This document shows positions 57,636 through 64,000 of a stretch of DNA of 64,000 bases, one piece after another (position 1 is the stretch's first letter; every line of letters begins with the position of its first letter). The stretch is taken from positions 1-64,000 of the forward strand of contig JBEKHN010000007.1 of NCBI GenBank assembly GCA_050012255.1. Reading direction: 5' to 3'. The position numbers and the translations under genes are program-made. The DNA is from Candidatus Bathyarchaeia archaeon. GTDB taxonomy: Archaea > Thermoproteota > Bathyarchaeia > Bathyarchaeales > Bathycorpusculaceae. The notes beneath the pieces are model-generated. The model made no database searches. It saw only the letters and a list, made by a program, of their open reading frames with translations, and had not been told where the DNA came from.

Positions 57636-58339
57636 TTCTTGTTTTCCTCCCTTTTTGATTTTTCTTCTCGAAGCATCTGGGTTATGCGGTCTGTTAGGCC
57701 GCTGGTATGTGACTCCTGTTCAATTTTAAGGATCGCTCTCAGCGCGAGCTCTTCGTCTTCTAATGTTTTCCCGGTGATCAGAACGACTCCGTTGAGTCCC
57801 AGGATTATGTTGCATCCCGTTTCCTGCTTTATCATGGATATCATCGAGCCTTTTCTTCCGATCACACGTGGGATCTTCGTCGGTGTGATTTTGACTATTT
57901 GTCCACGGGTGATCTTTCCCAATCCTGGTTCTGCAACGGTCAGCTGCGGGTCGTGTGTTCTGTCATAGGAGACTATTTTTGCAACCACAAGGTCTCCCGC
58001 GTCGAGCACTTGCGGCAGGTCGTCCTTCTGAGGCTTGAAAGGCCTGCTGAGGACGTCTGATGCTCTCAAGAGGGCGATGTATGGTGAGTTTATGTCCACT
58101 GTCCACCCGTTGAATCCGACCTCTGTGATCGTTCCTATGACTATGTCTCCCGCTCTTGGGATGTAGAAGGCTTTTAGGGCCACTACGTCCACTCTCTTGT
58201 TTTCGATTTCAATTATTCCGACGCGCGCTGCGTAGATTTTGTTGTTTTCTACGAACGTGTTCTCTCCGGCGATGTACTCGCCTTCTGCGATCAAGTCTCC
58301 AGGGGTCACAAGTTGTTTTCTTTCCAAAAGTATTGGCAT
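57632..58339 (-). CDS. rrp4: Exosome RNA-binding subunit Rrp4
   Basis: [33 protein letters not shown]. Confidence 0.96.
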   Translation of the reverse strand: MPILLERKQLVTPGDLIAEGEYIAGENTFVENNKIYAARVGIIEIENKRVDVVALKAFYIPRAGDIVIGTITEVGFNGWTVDINSPYIALLRASDVLSRPFKPQKDDLPQVLDAGDLVVAKIVSYDRTHDPQLTVAEPGLGKITRGQIVKITPTKIPRVIGRKGSMISMIKQETGCNIILGLNGVVLITGKTLEDEELALRAILKIEQESHTSGLTDRITQMLREEKSKREENKK

Positions 58340-58367
58340 ATTCTACACCTGACCGTTCATAAAACTC

Positions 58368-59057
58368 TTAGCGAACTATTCTTGCTTCCCCGCTTCCTTT
58401 GGTTACTTCACCGAGTTTATCTAGGAAGGGGGCGTAGGTACCTGCGGGCATCTCCACAATGCCGTACCATGAGCCATCTGGGCGCCATTCTTCGTGTTTG
58501 ATCGTTCCGAAGCCCTTGATAGACCCGTAAGCTCTTACTGAGTACGCTGCCGGAATCGTGACGCCCAGCGATATTTGCTCCATTTTAAGTGGCAGAATAG
58601 CTCGCAACGCCTTGATTATCTCCTTTGCCTGCTCTTCCACGGGCTTGAATGGATCTATCGAATAGCGCACCTGTTCCATGGCGTTTTCTATCCGTGCAGG
58701 CGGGTGCGGAAGGTTTGTCTTGGGGTCAACGCTCTGCCTCGATATGAAGTCGACGATCTGTTTCCTCTTGTCCTCGATCATCTTTCTCCGTTGCTCTGTC
58801 GTAAGCTGCAAAGTTCCCTTGGTCAGTATCACTTCTGCTATTTTCAAGGCGTCAGTCGTGTCAAACGCTTTGCGCAGGTTTTCCTCTGAAGCCCTCGTGC
58901 CCTTGTTCGCGTCTGAAAATATCGTTTCGGCAGCCAAGACCTCGGTTACCGAGGCCGTTTTCCCCATGCGGTAGTCTAAGGCCTTCTGGGGTTTAACGAG
59001 GACCTCAAAGTGTTCGTTGTCCTTTGTCATGCGTGCAACGGTGTACTTATCACTCAT
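58368..59057 (-). CDS. Ribosome maturation factor SBDS/Sdo1
   Basis: FEVLV, IFSDANKG, DPKTNLPHPPARIE. Confidence 0.95.
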   Translation of the reverse strand: MSDKYTVARMTKDNEHFEVLVKPQKALDYRMGKTASVTEVLAAETIFSDANKGTRASEENLRKAFDTTDALKIAEVILTKGTLQLTTEQRRKMIEDKRKQIVDFISRQSVDPKTNLPHPPARIENAMEQVRYSIDPFKPVEEQAKEIIKALRAILPLKMEQISLGVTIPAAYSVRAYGSIKGFGTIKHEEWRPDGSWYGIVEMPAGTYAPFLDKLGEVTKGSGEARIVR

Positions 59058-59064
59058 CGATGTT

Positions 59065-59793
59065 TCACTTGCCCACGCCTAGCTCTTTCATGATGGCATC
59101 GACTTTCTCGTCGCCCAGAATCTCGATCTTCTTGGTCTCCAATGGGATCACTGCTACTTTCACTCTTGGAGGAAGCTGCCTTGCTTCCAGGGCTTTTGCT
59201 AGGCATTTCACGGCAAGCTTTGTGGCTTCTTTGAGGTCCATTTCTTCCTTGTACTCTTCTTTCAGTATGTTGAAGACTGTTTCTCTTCCAGCGCCCTCTG
59301 CTCTTGCCTTGTATCCTCTGTACGTTCCGCTTGGGTGGGTTCCGAACACGCGGCTTCCAGTCTTGTCGACACCAGCAAAGATCATAGAGACTCCGAAGGG
59401 TCTCACGCCCGCGTGTTGCGTGTAGAGCTGTTTTATGTCACATATCCTCTTGGTCACGACTTCCGTGTCGATCGGCTCGTCGTACGTAAGCTTGTTCGAT
59501 TGAGCGTAAACCCTGGCCTGGTCAATCAGTATGCGCGCATCTGAGCTCAAGCCCACTATGCCCGCGCACACGTGGTCGTCTATCTTGAAGATCTTCCAAG
59601 AGTATTCTGATTCTTCAAGGGGGTCCACAGTCTCTTCCGCTCCCAAAACGGCTCCCCCTGAGCAGCGGACGGCTAAAATCGTAGCTCCACGGTTGACCAA
59701 CTCCATCGCGTATTCAACTTGAAAAAGCCGGCCGTCTGGTGAAAAAACAGTTATGGCACGGTCGTATGCGCCTGGTGCTGCAAATACGGACAT
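59065..59793 (-). CDS. psmA: Proteasome alpha subunit
   Basis: YDRAITVFSPDGRLFQVEYA, YTQHAGVRPFG. Confidence 0.97.
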   Translation of the reverse strand: MSVFAAPGAYDRAITVFSPDGRLFQVEYAMELVNRGATILAVRCSGGAVLGAEETVDPLEESEYSWKIFKIDDHVCAGIVGLSSDARILIDQARVYAQSNKLTYDEPIDTEVVTKRICDIKQLYTQHAGVRPFGVSMIFAGVDKTGSRVFGTHPSGTYRGYKARAEGAGRETVFNILKEEYKEEMDLKEATKLAVKCLAKALEARQLPPRVKVAVIPLETKKIEILGDEKVDAIMKELGVGK

Positions 59794-60183
59794 TCATGCA
59801 TTCCTCACAATCTATCCTAATCTATTGCAGTCTTTCATACGACAACTAAACTAAAAACCTTTCCTATCTGAAACTCTTTTAATCTGAGTCCATATTTCAG
59901 CCTTCGAACGATCCTGCTTCATGTTGCCAAAAGCATGTTATGCGCGCAAAGACCGTATTCTTGTCGACTTGCTGTTCTTTCCGCGAAAGAACGCGATTTC
60001 TGAATCGGTTCTCTGGAGTCCATGAAAACTGGGCTCCATCTAAGCGTGAACGCGAGCTACGTCTTCCTTTTCTTGATTTTCCAAACCAGTGGTATCCTAC
60101 TCAATGATCGAGGTGCGTGGGCTCTGAGCCGATAAACAAAGTGTATAAGCAAGATTTGTCTGTTTGTTCTTTCAGGGAAGGAG

Positions 60184-60510
60184 TTGGACAGGAAGGCTAG
60201 GTTCTGGTTAGGTTTCCTTTTTGTCGTTGTCATGTATTCGCTTCCCATTGCCGGTTTTGCGTATGCTAGATGGGTTTGGCCCTTGGCATTTGTCCTAGGG
60301 GCCTTCGGCTTTTCGATTTACATGGTGTATCGGATGACGATCAAGAATATCAGACTGAAATATCCCATTGTGTCCCCTGAAGGGCACCCGGACATCTATA
60401 CTGGACGCATGCCTAGACCCATATACGAGGACATGCAACGATTCCCTTGGTTCTTCAAGAAGAAGCGAACCAAAAAACTCGGCAGCAAAAAAATCAAAAA
60501 GAAAAAATAA
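60184..60510 (+). CDS. Small membrane protein
   Basis: Two TM helices, Lys-rich tail. Confidence 0.65.
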   Translation: MDRKARFWLGFLFVVVMYSLPIAGFAYARWVWPLAFVLGAFGFSIYMVYRMTIKNIRLKYPIVSPEGHPDIYTGRMPRPIYEDMQRFPWFFKKKRTKKLGSKKIKKKK

Positions 60511-60526
60511 CGCTTACTCTGGCGAA

Positions 60527-61753
60527 CTATTCTCTCCAGTCCAGAAGTCTCTTCTCGCCCTCAAGCTTCTTTATGTCCGTCAAGTCCTGTGTGACTTCCA
60601 TCGTTCCAAGATATTTTCCGCTCTTATCTCTAACCGCGAAGTATCTGATGTGAACGAAGCGACCGCCCATCGTGATCCAGAATTCAGCAGAATCTTTCCT
60701 GCCTTTTTTGAAGGCATCCACGATCTTGTTCACTATGTGGACGCTTTTCTGCGGGTGGCACATCTGCACTTTTCGGCCGATGACGGCCTTTGTGCGCACG
60801 AAGATCCTCTTTTCAGCCTTGTTGAAGTACTTCACGCTGTCATTCCTGTCAACGAACGATATGTCTACGGGAAGCGAGTCAAGAATAGCCTCAACTTCTT
60901 CTTTTGAAAGGCTTCCGGTCTCAAACTTCAGTGTTTCCTCAGTCAAGGGTTCCGCTTTGCCTCTTGGCTCTTCTACCTGCATTCTCACCGTTGCGGCTGG
61001 AGGTGTGAAGCAGCAGTAGCCTATCTCGTCGAACTCTTTCCTAGCCTCTTCCCACTCTTCGATCGAAACTGATTCCAGAGCCGCTGGGAACAGTATGTTG
61101 TTTTCTTTGTAAAAGTGAGATGGAAGCAGGCTGCATAATGGTTTCGTCGCGTCGCTCAGTCTTTTCTTGAACTCTTCGTAAGTCATGGTGTTCCATTTTT
61201 CAACAAGGTTGGTGAACTTCTTCTTGACCTCTCTTATCTTGTCGTGTTCCATCCACATGATAGCCGGAGGTTCTGTGATTCCGTGCTTCTCTACCATGGG
61301 AAAGAGGACGTTCTCCTCCCTCAGGTAATGTTTTTCCGAGTCCTGAAATTCCTTTGCTATGCTTTGCAGTTCAGTCAAGACGTCTCCAACGTAAACGGAG
61401 TCGCACGCCTCTTCAACCATGCCCAAAAGCGTCTCCAGTCTCTCAGCGCGTTGAAGCATAATACTGTGCTCTTCAATGAGAATGCTGATGGGGTGTCCAC
61501 GCGGAATGTGCAACTCCTGCTCCTGCAGTTGTTCGCCGAAGATTGCCATGTGTATGTCACAGAGCTTCTGCAGTTCTTCGCGTGGCATTCCTTCCTTGAC
61601 AAGTTCCTGTTCAACCTTGACGATGTCCTCGGAGGTTACGCCCTTGAGGGCTTCTCTGAACTTTTCTTTTACCTCCTCCGGCCGTGCTCCTCCCGGTAAC
61701 TGCTTGATTATCTCTTTCAACAGCTTTTTCTTAGCTTCATCCATCCCACTCAT
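60527..61753 (-). CDS. DUF438 - hemerythrin - PAS_10 protein
   Basis: LCDIH, GHPI...EH, HYLREENVLFP, WMEHD, CHPQKS. Confidence 0.9.
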   Translation of the reverse strand: MSGMDEAKKKLLKEIIKQLPGGARPEEVKEKFREALKGVTSEDIVKVEQELVKEGMPREELQKLCDIHMAIFGEQLQEQELHIPRGHPISILIEEHSIMLQRAERLETLLGMVEEACDSVYVGDVLTELQSIAKEFQDSEKHYLREENVLFPMVEKHGITEPPAIMWMEHDKIREVKKKFTNLVEKWNTMTYEEFKKRLSDATKPLCSLLPSHFYKENNILFPAALESVSIEEWEEARKEFDEIGYCCFTPPAATVRMQVEEPRGKAEPLTEETLKFETGSLSKEEVEAILDSLPVDISFVDRNDSVKYFNKAEKRIFVRTKAVIGRKVQMCHPQKSVHIVNKIVDAFKKGRKDSAEFWITMGGRFVHIRYFAVRDKSGKYLGTMEVTQDLTDIKKLEGEKRLLDWRE

Positions 61754-61823
61754 ACTGTTTGCACCTTCTCAGAATGCTAGATTCACTCATTACGGGTATT
61801 AAAACGATAGCGGCCCAGATCTT

Positions 61824-63011
61824 CTAGTCTTCTTCCTTGATTTTCTTTGCAAGAATCTTCCCATACTCGACTATCTTGTTGATGTCGGTTTCTGTCGGTG
61901 GACCATTGATCTCTAGTGTTCCAACGATTTCCATTTTTGTTGGTCCCAGCGTTTCCTGAATGTGTTTTATCGCCCCTCCGCTCCAGCCATACGAGGTGAG
62001 CACGACCGCAAACTTTGTCGGTGGACGAAGGACCCTTGCCAAGTACGTCGCGTACATAGCTAGCGGGTGAGCGCCGCCGAGCACTGTGGGGGCGCCTAGG
62101 ACAATTGCTCGAGAGTCAACCAAGTCTCTTGCCAATTCACCTATGTCTCCAACGGCCAAGTTGTGCTTTGCCACTTCTATTCCTTCAGAGGCTAAGGTAT
62201 CTTCAATCGCTTTGACCATTTTCTCTGTGCTGTTCCACATGGTCGCGTAGACTATGATCGTCTTCTGTCTGGTTTCTCCGTTCACCCATTTTCGGTAAGC
62301 AGACAGAATTCGTTCTGGGTTTCTGTGTATGGGCCCGTGGCTCGGTGCGATCATGTTGATCTCTAGGTCTTTGATTTTTTCCATGCCTTTTTGGGCGTTG
62401 AATCTGAAGGGCATCATGATTTCGCCGAAATACTTCTGGGCGAATACGAGTAGATCTTCTATTTCATCGTCGAACAGTCCCTGTGCGACGTGTGAACCGA
62501 AGAAGTCACATGGAAACAGGGTCTTGTTCTCTGGAAGGTAAGTGAACATTGTTTCGGGCCAGTGAAGCATCGGGGCCTCGATGAACCTCAGCGTCTTGCC
62601 ACCAAGATCCAGCGAATCTCCGTTTGCAACGGCCTTTATCCTGTTTTCAGGCACCTTGTAAAAGACGCGTGCCATCTTTGCCCCCTGACTCGTGGTAACG
62701 AGAATGGCCTTGCTGTTGATTGACATAATGTGCGGAATTGAGCCTGCGTGGTCAGGTTCGGCATGGTTCATTATAACGTAGTCGACGTCAGCAGGGTTCA
62801 CAACTTTGCTGATTTTTTCTTCCCATTCCTTTTCAAAACCCGGATTGACAGTGTCAATCACCGCCTTTTTTGCAGTTCCGATCACTAAATATGAATTGTA
62901 TGTTGTCCCTCTGGGAAGCGGAATCAACGCGTCGAAGAGTCTTCTGTTATAGTCTCTTATGCCTACCCAGTAGACTTCTTTAGAGATTTCAGCAACGTTT
63001 CTCCAACTCAT
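61824..63011 (-). CDS. fprA: Flavodiiron protein (A-type flavoprotein)
   Basis: HAEPDH, HWPE, CDFFGSH, PSHG, flavodoxin SYGWSGG. Confidence 0.95.
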   Translation of the reverse strand: MSWRNVAEISKEVYWVGIRDYNRRLFDALIPLPRGTTYNSYLVIGTAKKAVIDTVNPGFEKEWEEKISKVVNPADVDYVIMNHAEPDHAGSIPHIMSINSKAILVTTSQGAKMARVFYKVPENRIKAVANGDSLDLGGKTLRFIEAPMLHWPETMFTYLPENKTLFPCDFFGSHVAQGLFDDEIEDLLVFAQKYFGEIMMPFRFNAQKGMEKIKDLEINMIAPSHGPIHRNPERILSAYRKWVNGETRQKTIIVYATMWNSTEKMVKAIEDTLASEGIEVAKHNLAVGDIGELARDLVDSRAIVLGAPTVLGGAHPLAMYATYLARVLRPPTKFAVVLTSYGWSGGAIKHIQETLGPTKMEIVGTLEINGPPTETDINKIVEYGKILAKKIKEED

Positions 63012-63092
63012 TTTTTCACCTTCAAGTGGATATGACGATTGTAATAAAGTATATTTATGCCTTTCTACAACTACTAGTCGGAAGCCTCGTCA

Positions 63093-63491
63093 ATGTCTGT
63101 TCCATGCGAAGTTGCCGTCAAATGCGTCTTGCCAGTAGTCCGCGCCATGATAGCCAAGGAGCTCATGGCCAACTACGGGCTTAGGCAGGTTGAAGCGGCC
63201 AAGCTCCTCGACGTCAGCCAGCCAGCCATAAGCTTGTACTGCAGAAACATCAGGGGAAAGGCCATCGATTTGGAGAATGACCGTGACGTTAAGCGTTTGG
63301 TGGCCAACATGTCCGCGTCATTAGTTAAGGAAAGTTCTTCGCATCGGGACTTGATCGTCATGTATTGTGGAGTGTGCAGGACGATCAGGGCAAAGGGTTT
63401 GCTGTGTAAGCTGCATAAGACCTTTGACCCGTTGGTCGACATTGAGAAATGTGAGCTTTGCGTGGCCAGCGAGTCTGTTAGGTGTGTCTAG
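63093..63491 (+). CDS. HTH transcriptional regulator (COG2522-like, Cys-rich)
   Basis: PCEVAV...LRQVEAAKLLDVSQPAISLY, CGVC, CKLH, CELC. Confidence 0.85.
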   Translation: MSVPCEVAVKCVLPVVRAMIAKELMANYGLRQVEAAKLLDVSQPAISLYCRNIRGKAIDLENDRDVKRLVANMSASLVKESSSHRDLIVMYCGVCRTIRAKGLLCKLHKTFDPLVDIEKCELCVASESVRCV

Positions 63492-63555
63492 CGAAGCGCG
63501 CGCCATTTGAATGAACTGCAAATCTTATATGGCGATCCTTCTCAAGTTGTAAGCG

Positions 63556-64000
63556 ATGATTTCCATGTTGAAACGAGACGGCGCTTTGAAGAATTGGGTT
63601 GATATCCTACGTCATGTTGGTTTTGTCCTGCTTGCATTATCACTGGCAGTCTCTCTGATATTCTGTTTTTCATCAAGGTTTTCTGTTAGCGCGCAGACCG
63701 ATGAGGCCTTGGCAGTCATGTATTCGCCGGTTCTCCACTTCACGCAGAGCTAGAAATTCTATCCTACGACTGTTGATTAAATCATTTCTAGGTCTATGCT
63801 CGTACGCCATTCAGACATGGTCGTCATTAACAGCGCCCCTACAGCTGGCACTTTGGGGCTTGACACTTCCTCAGACCTGCTCCTGAATAACACGCTGGGA
63901 ACGCTGGATGCGATAGCAGCAGATTATGCTTTGGAAGCGAAAAACAGTGGGTACTACGCCTACGTTCATGTTGTCACCAGCGGCTCATCAAAAGTGATTC
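63556..64000 (+). pseudogene. Secreted Vps62-like protein with two in-frame stops (runs off window)
   Basis: Signal peptide, YSPVLHFTQS*KFYPTTVD*IIS...YAYVHVV; TAG 63751, TAA 63778. Confidence 0.6.

Noticed and set aside
12761-63780. Stop-codon recoding or pyrrolysine readthrough for the five in-frame stops
   Set aside because: From context the stops appear to replace different residues (likely Trp, Gln, Glu, Tyr), many core genes end in TAG/TAA, no pyl genes are visible, and one case also has a probable frameshift
1-64000. CRISPR array, rRNA or IS transposase
   Set aside because: No regularly spaced repeats, rRNA-like segments or transposase motifs were seen

Overview
Archaeal chromosome segment, most likely Bathyarchaeia. 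The taxon is inferred from a TackOD1-like gene, the exosome/proteasome gene order, integrase style and intron-bearing tRNAs. (1) 1-12.4 kb is a decayed integrated element or provirus. It carries a tyrosine integrase, a Mig-type T:G glycosylase, two TaqI-like nucleases, a third PD-(D/E)xK nuclease, an M.HpaII-like C5 methyltransferase, a ParB-ABC ATPase-GNAT fusion, phage relics and a tRNA-Leu att scar. (2) 14.5-32.5 kb is an ~18 kb gas vesicle island bounded by a 17-bp near-direct repeat of the tRNA-Met 3' end. It holds gvpA, C-like, N, O, F, G, J, K, L, M plus apparently dedicated chaperones (GvpF/L-J-domain fusion next to DnaK, Cdc48, three Hsp20-domain proteins, a zincin-like protein), two PadR regulators and a shared TTCG-N3-CGA promoter motif. 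This is the best candidate for an undescribed system. (3) 32.5-64 kb is mostly core genome: tRNA-Met (non-canonical intron), tRNA-Thr, tRNA-Leu, rpiA, moeA pair, endonuclease IV, a type IV pilus locus, ECF transporter, the exosome/proteasome superoperon with a candidate structured RNA, fprA and several nonsense pseudogenes. Family assignments come from motif recognition by eye; no database searches were run.
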